A stretch of DNA of 21,649 nt from Oligoflexales bacterium (GTDB lineage Bacteria > Bdellovibrionota_B > Oligoflexia > Oligoflexales > CAIYRB01): NCBI GenBank assembly GCA_041736175.1, contig JBGSUI010000174.1, positions 1 through 21,649 of the forward strand, given 5' to 3'. The notes beneath the pieces are model-generated. The model saw nothing but the letters and a program-made list of their open reading frames with translations, made no database searches and was not told where the DNA came from. The translations under genes were made by a program, and so were the position numbers. Shown here in pieces: positions 7,302 through 15,560 of this stretch (positions within the stretch are counted from its first letter, which is position 1; the number at the start of each line of letters is the position of its first letter).

Positions 7302-9617
7302 ATGCGAACGACGTACAACACAGGAGTTATAGTCTATATGGCGACTGCTACCATGGCGCTCACCAGCTGCAGACCTGGGAGCAGCACCCAAAAAGATCGG
7401 CGAAGTGCTCAATCTCCCGCCTCGACGGATACTTCATCCGCAGGAGTCTTCCCTGGTGATCCAGCCGGCCCCAATTACCCGACTGCCCCTAAACCAGCTG
7501 CTTTTGGCCTGGGCGATACCTATGGAAACTGTGCGGAACTCCAGAGCGATGTCCGGAAAGCTCTCCTGTACAAGAAAGCCAGTGACGAGGCGCGCGCAGC
7601 GGCCCAAGGACAGAGGGACGACAAGAATGGGGTACAGGCCAATCTGGACTCTAAATCTTCTAACGTGACCACCCCCGCACCTGCCCAAGCGGAGAGCGCA
7701 ACGCCATCAGTGATGCCCGGGGAGGAAGATACCCCTTACACCAACGTCCAGGAGAGAGCGATCGACGAGCCGGACCACACAAAAGTGGGTCAGGATCATG
7801 TCTTTGTTATGGGTGCCGGCACTGTGCATGTTTCCCATCGGGAGCCCCTCGCTTATGCCGGGCAGCTCAACTTTCCTGCCGGATCTGAGCTCCGCGAGAT
7901 GCTCGTCACTAAGGATTATTTGTTTGTGCTGCGCGTGAAAAGTCGGAATAAGTGCTTCGAGGGCAAAGGGCGCGAGGAAGATGATGCCGATAAAGATCTC
8001 GGCGGTGTTTTCGAAAACATTCTCGGCACCGCAGTGGCCGCATTGGTCGGAATTGTGGATCCGGTCGCCCGCGCCAAACCTGGCTTTCAGCGCAGCCGGG
8101 AGCCCAAGCAAGACCTGGAATGCTACACTGTGGCGACTACGTCGATCGACGCCTTTCGGCTGGAAAATGGCAAACTACCGACCCATGCTAAGACCTGGGA
8201 CTTCAAGGGCTCCTATGTAAACTCGCGCATGCTGTCTGACGGTCGCCTGGTCTTGATTTTTAACCAAATGCTTAACCTCGCCGAACCTATCCGCTGGATC
8301 CTGACCGACTCTAAGCGGCGCTTGGACGAGGTTCCTGCGGAGCCAATCGTCTTGTCGGGCGACGAGAGTCGCGGTGCTATGGGATGCAGCCATTTCCTCA
8401 AGAGCCGCCTAGACGATATGGACTTCAGGGTGACCAAAGTGTCGGTGATCAATACCAGCAACTTAGCCTGGGAACCACAACAGGTGGGTTTCATAGGTGG
8501 CGGCGACCAAGTGTACATGACCGGCAGCAACCTCTACATTGCAAAGACTGGCCGCCTCTGGACGCCTTTCGATGCCAAAGAGACCGTACCGATGACGGAT
8601 GCGTTGCGCATCACCCAAGTCTCCCTCGGCGAATTCGGGCGACTGGCGGAGACCCTTCCGGAGCTCAGGGGGCGCCCTAAAGATGTTTGGGCCTTCAAGG
8701 AAATCACCGAGGCAGATGCGACCCGTCTGGCGGTCTTCACCACGACCGGCGACCTCTGGCAGGGGCCAAACCGGGCGGCAAACCAATTGTGGATCCTGCG
8801 GGAGGACGGCCAGAAGCTGGACATCGAAACCTCGATCCAAGACATCGCTCCGGGCGAGGACATTCGCAGCATCCGTTACGTGGGTGGTTGGGCTTACGCG
8901 GTGACTTTCAAGAAGACCGATCCCCTATTCGCATTCGACTTGACGAAACCGTCAGCGCCAAAATTGGTGGGCGAGTTGAAGATTCCGGGATTCTCGACCT
9001 ATTTGCATCCGGTCGGACCCGGACGCCTGATTGGGCTTGGTTACGACGTCTGGGTGGATCCAAATTCCACGGAAGACGATGCGGTCAAGTTCCAGGGACT
9101 CAAGCTTTCTCTGTTTGACGTTACCGACCCAACAGCCATGAAGGAAATCGACAGCGTTGTCCTCGGCGAACGGGGAAGCTATAGCGACGCCATCGCCGAC
9201 CACCACGGGTTCCACTTTGATCCGGCATCCGGACGTGTGGCATTTCCGGTGACGCTGCTCAAGAGTCCTTCCAAGTCTACACCATGGCAAACTCAGCGAG
9301 AAGTGCTCTTTTCTGGCGCGGTGTTTTTCGGCGTGGGTGGCGACTCCCTGGTCGAATTAGGTCGCCTTAGCCACGACTCATTTGTTCCCGACCGGTGTCG
9401 CAGCGAGATGGCGAAGGGTCAGTGGTGGCAGAGCAAGATCCGCTCCCTCGATGTCAACCGCATCTATCGATTGGGAGACGACTACCTCGCCGCCTCTCGT
9501 TTCGGCCTTGCGACATACGCCGTTGACGGCGACCTCGGGGGTCGCTGGTCCGAACGAGTCAAAGTGGAGTTCCCCGAGAACACCTTCGACTGCATGGTGA
9601 TCCAGCGTGCCCCGTGA
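7302..9617 (+). CDS. beta-propeller domain lipoprotein (Beta_propel/PF09826-like)
   Basis: Lipobox ALTSC. Motifs TNVQERAIDEPD and GEDIRSIRY..YAVTFKKTDPLFAFDL..PKLVGELKIPGFSTYLHP. Visibly more GC-rich than its neighbours. Confidence 0.85.
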   Translation: MRTTYNTGVIVYMATATMALTSCRPGSSTQKDRRSAQSPASTDTSSAGVFPGDPAGPNYPTAPKPAAFGLGDTYGNCAELQSDVRKALLYKKASDEARAAAQGQRDDKNGVQANLDSKSSNVTTPAPAQAESATPSVMPGEEDTPYTNVQERAIDEPDHTKVGQDHVFVMGAGTVHVSHREPLAYAGQLNFPAGSELREMLVTKDYLFVLRVKSRNKCFEGKGREEDDADKDLGGVFENILGTAVAALVGIVDPVARAKPGFQRSREPKQDLECYTVATTSIDAFRLENGKLPTHAKTWDFKGSYVNSRMLSDGRLVLIFNQMLNLAEPIRWILTDSKRRLDEVPAEPIVLSGDESRGAMGCSHFLKSRLDDMDFRVTKVSVINTSNLAWEPQQVGFIGGGDQVYMTGSNLYIAKTGRLWTPFDAKETVPMTDALRITQVSLGEFGRLAETLPELRGRPKDVWAFKEITEADATRLAVFTTTGDLWQGPNRAANQLWILREDGQKLDIETSIQDIAPGEDIRSIRYVGGWAYAVTFKKTDPLFAFDLTKPSAPKLVGELKIPGFSTYLHPVGPGRLIGLGYDVWVDPNSTEDDAVKFQGLKLSLFDVTDPTAMKEIDSVVLGERGSYSDAIADHHGFHFDPASGRVAFPVTLLKSPSKSTPWQTQREVLFSGAVFFGVGGDSLVELGRLSHDSFVPDRCRSEMAKGQWWQSKIRSLDVNRIYRLGDDYLAASRFGLATYAVDGDLGGRWSERVKVEFPENTFDCMVIQRAP

Positions 9618-9633
9618 CCCAGCGTGCCCCGTG
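9602..9633 (+). repeat. 15-bp tandem duplication CCAGCGTGCCCCGTG
   Basis: Copies at 9602-9616 and 9619-9633, at the stop codon of the beta-propeller gene. Confidence 0.85.
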
Positions 9634-9748
9634 GCAGTGTCTCCCCCTTATTTTTATTCACGGGTTAGTGGGTAAAATTTGAGTTTAGATTGATGATATA
9701 CTGTGGAAACAAACAAGTAAAGGTTGATCCAGGCTCTCATGTGGGGCA
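9629..9748 (-). repeat. left arm of a long inverted repeat (promoter+leader+RBS unit)
   Basis: 9651-9748 is the reverse complement of 11118-11215 with 10 mismatches in 98 nt, including a perfect 39-bp core at 9651-9689. Confidence 0.92.
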
Positions 9749-9796
9749 ATTTAAGGGCAGGGACAAAGAGGATTTTGCTTGAGGAAAACATTTTGC

Positions 9797-9824
9797 TAAA
9801 GTAAAATATTGCTATTGCCGATAA
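9797..9824 (+). promoter_or_regulatory. sigma28 (FliA)-type promoter
   Basis: TAAA-N16-GCCGATAA, 21 bp upstream of the higB-like start. Confidence 0.7.
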
Positions 9825-9845
9825 ACCTTAGGTAAGGAGAAGAGG

Positions 9846-10251
9846 TTGCCAAACAAGAAGCGACCCAAGATTAAAAAGTCAGGCAAAGGCCAACCATCGG
9901 CAGGAACTTCTATTCTGGAACCAACGGTCTGCTGTTGGGTTAGCCGTACCGGAGAAAAACGGTAAAAGATTGGTTAGCATGGATTAAGAACCATGACCTT
10001 CAATCGTTTAAACAGGTCGATAAATTGATAGGGATGCTGCGCTCTGAAGGTCAGAATTTAGGAATGCCATACGCGAGGCATCTTGGTGACGGGCTGTTTG
10101 AGCTAAGAGACCCTCGCCAAGGCGGACCAGGTTACCGCGTGTACTACCACTGGGAAGGCGTACTGTTAGTCATTCTTTAATTGCCGGTGATAAAGCTTCA
10201 CAAGAAAAAGATATCAGAACGGCATATACCCGAATGAAAGATGAGGTTTAG
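9846..10251 (+). pseudogene. RelE/HigB-family toxin, two frameshifts
   Basis: Three frames join as MPNKK...RTGEK / VKDWL...LGMPYARHLGDGLFELR...GPGYRVYY...LVIL / LIAGDKASQEKDIRTA...*. Breaks at about 9955-9960 and 10176-10178. Confidence 0.85.
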
Positions 10252-10252
10252 C

Positions 10253-10594
10253 ATGTATAAAAAGGACCGCATTAAACAGTTCGATAATTATGATGACATT
10301 CGTAAAGAGCTGCTGACGCCAGAGCAAATCAAGCAACAAGATAAGGAGGTCTCAGAAGAATTAGCGGCTCTCAAATCTCTACAGGAGACTGTAACACGGA
10401 TGGTTGCCCATTATATGGCCGATGAAGACATTGGCATTGTCGAACTTACGAGCCGTCTTGAAACCAGCAGCAAACAAACCAATAAGATTATGAAGGCTGA
10501 AGCCAACTTGACGCTAGCAACTATCGCGGAGATATCGGCAAAGATGGGCTATCTTCCTAAGATTAGCTTCGAGAAAAAGCTGCGGCAGAATTAA
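10253..10594 (+). CDS. HigA-like XRE HTH antitoxin
   Basis: Directly follows the toxin stop. IGIVELTSRLETSSKQTNKIMKAEANLTLATIAEIS is an HTH. Confidence 0.8.
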   Translation: MYKKDRIKQFDNYDDIRKELLTPEQIKQQDKEVSEELAALKSLQETVTRMVAHYMADEDIGIVELTSRLETSSKQTNKIMKAEANLTLATIAEISAKMGYLPKISFEKKLRQN

Positions 10595-11117
10595 TCAGGC
10601 GGCAAACGCCCAACTGTAAAATTTAGGAAGTTCTAGGGTACCTTACATGGTTTTGAAATGTGCGCTTAAGTCCACCTCTCTTCCCAGAGTCCTTCACCCC
10701 GAGGCGAACCACTAGGTTTACTGCTCAGCAACATAAAAAATTCTTGAAATTTTCACAAAAAATCTTAAGGATTTTGAAGCCCACAAAGCGGGTTCCATAA
10801 CAGATTCTGCTGCAAATTTCCTGATTTTTCTAGCTCAGATCAAATAAGTTAGCTCCATAAACAAAGAAGGCTTTCTTAGTTACGTTTTTAAAAATGACAT
10901 TAGACCAAGAGTGGCTTAGTGCATGCTGAAAGCACAGCAAACGCACCTAAATGCTTTTTTAGTGCACGATCTAGGAGTGGGGCGGTTGATTGGGGCTCTT
11001 CACTAGGGCCATTAGCTATTTTTAGTAACCTATAAATCGATCCATAAAAACCTCCTGGAGGGAGCCAAAATCAAGCTTCCGTCAAAGAAACTACCTTGCC
11101 GATAGGATAGAAAGATG

Positions 11118-11240
11118 TGCCCCAAATGAGCGCCGGGATCAACTTTGACTTTTTTGCTTCCACAGAATATCATCGTTCTAAACTCAAATTTTACCCACTA
11201 ACCCGTGAATAAAAAAAAAGGGGGGGAAGTGCTCCCACGG
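11118..11240 (+). repeat. right arm of the inverted repeat, containing a sigma70 promoter for the lipoprotein pair
   Basis: TTGACT(11145)-N17-TATCAT(11168), then a G-rich RBS and a GTG start at 11229. Confidence 0.85.
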
Positions 11241-11594
11241 AAAAGTCGAAGTATCGTTACTTCTATGCTAACCTTCGGTATTGTCATTTTATTGCTGTCA
11301 GGTTGTTTCACAGTGAGTAACACTCTGGGCAGCCGCGTATCCTATATCGGATTGACGCCTAAACCGAAGTCGGCAACTTTAATCGGCCCAGTCACAGGCA
11401 AGGACTGCGTGATACAAGTTTGGGTCCTATTGACGGGGATCCCTAGTGTGACCAAGGCATTCCAAGTACTCCAGGATAATCAGCAGGTCAAATACCTGCG
11501 CAATGTATCTATCATCGAACAATCGTCTTCCCATGGGTTTTATGCTGAGCACTGCTTTTTGATTAAAGGAGAAGGATTTAGCGATGAAACTTAG
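11229..11594 (+). CDS. small lipoprotein, TRL-like
   Basis: Lipobox LLSGC. Pattern GKDC...YLRNVSI...HCFLIKG. GTG 11229 follows an AAGGGGGGG RBS. Confidence 0.65.
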   Translation: MLPRKSRSIVTSMLTFGIVILLLSGCFTVSNTLGSRVSYIGLTPKPKSATLIGPVTGKDCVIQVWVLLTGIPSVTKAFQVLQDNQQVKYLRNVSIIEQSSSHGFYAEHCFLIKGEGFSDET

Positions 11595-11925
11595 CTGTAA
11601 ATACATTCTAATACTACAAGTTGCATACCTAGCGTCGGCGTTGTTCGGCTGCTCCAGACATCTTATAACCTTTCCTTTAGTCTCGATGACCAAAACCGAA
11701 AATCCGGCAAAGACCAAAAGCATTGGTCGTGTTAAACAGCAGTACTGCGATACCGAAGATCCAATAGTGGCCACCCCTGACGGAGATCCGGCCTTGATCG
11801 ATGAAGTTATCCTTCGTGCCCAAAAGGCAAACCATGCGGACTATCTTCGAAATGCCTCGCTGACGCGTTCGGGATGGAGATTGCAATGCATTGAAGTCGA
11901 GGCTGAAGGTCTCAAAGCTTTGTGA
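11584..11925 (+). CDS. small lipoprotein, distant paralog of the upstream gene
   Basis: Lipobox LFGC. Pattern IGRVKQQYC...YLRNASL...QCIEVEAEG. Overlaps the upstream stop. Confidence 0.7.
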   Translation: MKLSCKYILILQVAYLASALFGCSRHLITFPLVSMTKTENPAKTKSIGRVKQQYCDTEDPIVATPDGDPALIDEVILRAQKANHADYLRNASLTRSGWRLQCIEVEAEGLKAL

Positions 11926-11995
11926 GCTGGGAAGCTTCTTGCCAATGCATCGGCACATGAGACATACATCTTATGGAGCCATGGCATAAAACGCG

Positions 11996-12076
11996 AGACC
12001 CAATGAGAGATTGCCTCGTGACCAACATATATGTCACAGATAGCCCTTCAGTGTCTGCCAATCGCCTTCATTTTAA
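11996..12076. repeat. att-adjacent arm region
   Basis: 12007-12060 aligns ungapped to 20756-20809 (37/54 identical) at essentially the same distance from the att core. CGCCTTCATTTTAA at 12063-12076 recurs at 15511-15524. Confidence 0.75.
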
Positions 12077-12105
12077 CTTTGACAAAACACATTTTTGTCA
12101 GTCCA

Positions 12106-12147
12106 ATCATTATGGTGCGGACGGAGAGACTTGAACTCTCACGGGTT
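12106..12147 (-). repeat. att site: 3' 35 nt of tRNA-Leu(TAG) plus ATCATTA extension
   Basis: Identical to 20856-20897. Confidence 0.95.
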
Positions 12148-12166
12148 CGCGAGTCACTCCGGTGAT

Positions 12167-12226
12167 TAAAGATATTTTGAAAAAATGCCGATGACACCTT
12201 GACGCACCACGAATGTAGTGTAAAAT
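12167..12226 (+). promoter_or_regulatory. tandem sigma28-type and sigma70-type promoters
   Basis: TAAA(12167)-N16-GCCGATGA(12187) and TTGACG(12199)-N16-TAAAAT(12221), followed by a GGAGG RBS. Confidence 0.65.
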
Positions 12227-12256
12227 CTGGATTGGACGTGGGGTGGAGGTGCATTC

Positions 12257-12640
12257 TTGACAAAGAGATCAGTTGATCCAGTAGATATAGAAGGGAAATC
12301 GGATGCTCAGATTATTAAGGAGGCTTCTGCAAAAGAATCCATCGTTTGGGAAAGACCAGAAAATCCAAACAAACGAAACATGTCTGCTCAGCAAGTAAAA
12401 GAGATTGTTGCCTCATTTCCAGATAAAAGTCCTATAGCTCATGTATTTGTGATCGACTGGGAGCCTCGGACTAGTGACAAAGGTACTCATGCAGCCACAG
12501 GCGAGAAGGAGGTATTTGTTATAGGTTACTGGCGAAAGAGATTTGGCCAAAATCGGAAATATTATTTTAAAGGATTTCTTTTCCACGAAAAAAACATTGT
12601 AGGTGCAGAATATCAATCTGCCAGGGAAGATCAAAAATGA
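12257..12640 (+). CDS. hypothetical protein, candidate MqsR/RelE-fold toxin
   Basis: TTG start with a GGAGG RBS. C-terminal YYFKGF...EYQSAR loosely resembles the MqsR C-terminus. ATGA overlap with the downstream Zn-ribbon gene. Confidence 0.55.
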   Translation: MTKRSVDPVDIEGKSDAQIIKEASAKESIVWERPENPNKRNMSAQQVKEIVASFPDKSPIAHVFVIDWEPRTSDKGTHAATGEKEVFVIGYWRKRFGQNRKYYFKGFLFHEKNIVGAEYQSAREDQK

Positions 12641-13203
12641 TTTGTAATCATACTTCAACAACCAAGAAACAAATCACAAAATCTGTTGGGTCACAGGTTT
12701 TTAAAATGGAAGCTTTGGTTTGCAATGAGTGCAATGCTTTGCGTTGGGACGGCGAGATTCAAGGCAAATTTGATAAATGGCTTACCACTCTTCCTAGAGA
12801 TAGTTTCACTGTTCAGGAAGTTAAGTTACCAAAAAATATCGTTGAGTTTATTGAGCAGAAATCCATAGAATTCTCTGGGAAGAAAAACAGATCAGCAATG
12901 GTTCGAGCAATGATCAGTATTTGGTGTAATTTTGTAGATAGGAATAATGAATTAGCTGACGCTGTTGAGCGTGAATATGATTTAAAAAAATCGATTTTGG
13001 CTCAAGATAGGTATCGTGAAAATGTGCGCTTAAGTCCAAAATTCTATATCCAGGTTAGAGCGCAAGCTGAGCTGTCCGAGATGTCCATGCAAGAATTTAT
13101 CGTGGCATGCGTTGAACGAATTAGCATTGCTATTATGAACGAAGGGGAAGTTAAGTTTTATGATATAAAAAATAGACTGAGTGATATCGTAGCAGCAGCC
13201 TAA
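12637..13203 (+). CDS. YgiT/MqsA-type Zn-ribbon protein with RHH-like repeats, candidate antitoxin
   Basis: N-terminal CNH...ALVCNEC. Segments VKLPKNIVEFIEQKS...NRSAMVRAMI and VRLSPKFYIQVRAQAELSEMSMQEFIVACV look like RHH motifs. Confidence 0.6.
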   Translation: MICNHTSTTKKQITKSVGSQVFKMEALVCNECNALRWDGEIQGKFDKWLTTLPRDSFTVQEVKLPKNIVEFIEQKSIEFSGKKNRSAMVRAMISIWCNFVDRNNELADAVEREYDLKKSILAQDRYRENVRLSPKFYIQVRAQAELSEMSMQEFIVACVERISIAIMNEGEVKFYDIKNRLSDIVAAA

Positions 13204-13336
13204 AGTTGTTTCCTTAAAAAAGACGGTGATAGGAATGAGTTCAAGGGAACCAATCACCGTGATAATTTTGCGCATGACCCTGATTTTAAAATTAGATTCA
13301 CTCGGCAAACGATTAAAATCATAAAAGGCAACAGAT

Positions 13337-14311
13337 ATGGATGAATCCAAAGGCATTACAAGGTTAACAAAGATTGTTTTTTCTCGAGTATTATTTACAG
13401 GGGATAAGCTCGGACCTGATTATGAATTCAATTTTGCTGCCACGGGGCAATCGGCAACAATTAAAGTTAACATGACAAAAAAGCGAGAAGCTGAATTAAA
13501 TAAAGACATCTTTTCCATTTCCGAGTTACCTGAGGTCCGCCGAATTCCTCTGCGTATCGAAGCCCTAGAGAGGGACAAGCCCTTTAGCGATACCGGCTCC
13601 CTAGAAACAGAGCTAAATATTGCTTACCCTGAGCCCAGAGAACAATCAACCACCTTTGACGTCATCGTTTATGGGAAGGGACGAGAAATCCGCAAGCAGT
13701 CCAAGGCCAGCATCACGCTCATCACCTGTTTAGACAAAGGATTGAGATATGTAGCTGGCCTAAACCCTAACAGTTGGCTTTCCGTGGATTTAGATGTGGG
13801 ATTTCAGGTTCAACTACCTCATTTCTTAGGTGTAGAACTGGTCGAAATGACTTCACAAGGAACACATTTTCGGATTCTTGAAGGCCGATTTAAAGGAGAG
13901 CTTGCACAAATTTCAAGTTCAGCTGGCAGCGACTATCTCCGTCAAGAGATCGGAGTACGGAAGGAAAGTGCACGTTTACATCTTCGAAAGAGCTCCCAGC
14001 GGTTGCAAATCGCAGGTTTGGGAGAGTTTTCAGTGGTTCTCGATCCTCGCAACCCTTTACCAATGGGTAGCTATGTCGTTGAGATTCCCGATGAGCCTCA
14101 TGAATTAGGTCGTCCTTATTTGGATCAAGCAAAGTATGCTCGAACTTGGTTTCGATTGGGTGAAACCGGGGACCGATATCTCCATACGGGGAGGGTTTCC
14201 GCAGGGTGCGTGACTGTTGAAACCGTTGATAGCTGGGACAGTATCTGCAAATTTTTATTGCGTTGCCGCCTAGATTCCAAGGCCATTGGGATCCTTGAGG
14301 TGTTACCTTGA
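13337..14311 (+). CDS. multidomain protein with C-terminal Tlde1 (DUF2778)/L,D-transpeptidase-like domain
   Basis: PLPMGSY...WFRL...RYLHTGRVSAGCVTV matches the H-x-G-x-x-S-x-G-C catalytic signature. No signal peptide. Confidence 0.7.
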   Translation: MDESKGITRLTKIVFSRVLFTGDKLGPDYEFNFAATGQSATIKVNMTKKREAELNKDIFSISELPEVRRIPLRIEALERDKPFSDTGSLETELNIAYPEPREQSTTFDVIVYGKGREIRKQSKASITLITCLDKGLRYVAGLNPNSWLSVDLDVGFQVQLPHFLGVELVEMTSQGTHFRILEGRFKGELAQISSSAGSDYLRQEIGVRKESARLHLRKSSQRLQIAGLGEFSVVLDPRNPLPMGSYVVEIPDEPHELGRPYLDQAKYARTWFRLGETGDRYLHTGRVSAGCVTVETVDSWDSICKFLLRCRLDSKAIGILEVLP

Positions 14312-14814
14312 GTAACTTCCGTTTTGGCTTTTTTTTGGTAGTTTTATGGACTTGTTTCTTGGTGCTAGGAATCGGCCTGAGATTCCCCGAAATCATTCAG
14401 AAAATAAGTCCTAGGCATGAGCCCTATTCGATCCAACGGTTTAGTGACAAGCTCGCCGTAGGGCAGTTGCTTCCATTGAAAGAAGAGCTGATGCCTCAGG
14501 ATGATCGGACGCATGTGTTCATATTGCGAAGCGAACATCATTTCTGGGATGGCGAGGATCCTATAAATTGTATCGAGTTCGAGTGTGAAAAGGACTTTGG
14601 GGTCTTTTTTAAGAGACCTGGTACTGCTTTAAATATATTTACCAATGAACGAACGATCCCGACAGCCTGGGGCATTCCAGTCATATCTGATCGCTGGGGT
14701 ATGAGGCCCCTTGAGACGTTTACGGTTGTTGCAAATGGTAATGGAATCGTTACAGCAATTCATCGCTACGCTGATATAGAAGATCTGGACAATACTCTCG
14801 GACCAACGCATTAA
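14308..14814 (+). CDS. membrane-anchored protein, candidate immunity 1
   Basis: 4-bp overlap with the upstream gene and an N-terminal TM helix. LAVGQLLP...TVVANGNGIVTAIH is shared in pattern with the next gene. Confidence 0.7.
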   Translation: MSNFRFGFFLVVLWTCFLVLGIGLRFPEIIQKISPRHEPYSIQRFSDKLAVGQLLPLKEELMPQDDRTHVFILRSEHHFWDGEDPINCIEFECEKDFGVFFKRPGTALNIFTNERTIPTAWGIPVISDRWGMRPLETFTVVANGNGIVTAIHRYADIEDLDNTLGPTH

Positions 14815-14831
14815 ATAGGAGTGTTCAATCT

Positions 14832-15458
14832 GTGTTTTCTGCTTTTATCGCCAAACTTCGTCTCCAAAAGATTCCCTGGATGATTGCTTTGATCGGATCA
14901 CTGGTTTCAGTGGCGTTGGGGTGGTATTTGGGGGGGCGTCCTGGGCTATACTGGCCGCTAGAAAGAGAGCGCCTCAATGTTTTATTTGAGTATTCACAGA
15001 AAGTCCGTGTTGGTAACCCGTTGGCAATCAAGGCTCATGACTGTCGCTCTGATCTTGGCGGAACTAGAGCGGACAATAGCAATGCCTTGACGGTTTATAT
15101 GGTTGGATATGGAGAGGACTCATGCTGTGTTGGTGATGGCTGTGGCTCAGTGGGTTTAAAGACTCGGACTGGGAATGGATTCATCGCAACAATCCTCATG
15201 ATTCAAAGCAAAGAAAAGGCTCGTTCGATTGGAATGCCCATGATAGACGATGGACGTGGTGAACGTTTTGCCGATCGTTTGATCGTGGTCGCTGATAACC
15301 ATGGGGTGGTTAGGGGGATATTCCATAACCTCGACCAAAAGCACCTAGACGCCGCGCTGCGGTACGTTGTGTCGCGTCCACACCGTGGGCCTTCACCTTT
15401 AGCCTATACTATGGACTGGCTCCATTCAAAGCTAAGCAATCTTCCGCGTCGTTTGTGA
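14832..15458 (+). CDS. membrane-anchored protein, candidate immunity 2 (paralog)
   Basis: N-terminal TM helix. VRVGNPLA...IVVADNHGVVRGIF. An AGGAG RBS precedes the GTG start. Confidence 0.7.
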   Translation: MFSAFIAKLRLQKIPWMIALIGSLVSVALGWYLGGRPGLYWPLERERLNVLFEYSQKVRVGNPLAIKAHDCRSDLGGTRADNSNALTVYMVGYGEDSCCVGDGCGSVGLKTRTGNGFIATILMIQSKEKARSIGMPMIDDGRGERFADRLIVVADNHGVVRGIFHNLDQKHLDAALRYVVSRPHRGPSPLAYTMDWLHSKLSNLPRRL

Positions 15459-15560
15459 TTAAGCGGGACTCTCACCGAGTAGACTAGGAAAAGGCTAAAT
15501 GATTACCGCGCGCCTTCATTTTAATCGCTCCGAATCGTTAAAATGCAAGCAAAATCATTA

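Larger units (their letters stand above)
5585..12147. mobile_element. integrated element remnant C (NTase pair, beta-propeller lipoprotein, HigBA, lipoproteins)
   Basis: Bounded by direct tRNA-Leu att repeats at 5509-5584 and 12106-12147. No integrase remains. Confidence 0.75.

Noticed and set aside
7405..9600. Many 70-140 aa alternative-frame ORFs inside the beta-propeller gene
   Set aside because: Shadow ORFs expected in GC-rich coding DNA, with no motifs or RBS.
10595..11117. 500-bp intergenic stretch as a riboswitch or ncRNA
   Set aside because: Only weak hairpins, and no family consensus recognisable by eye. An Rfam cmscan would be needed.
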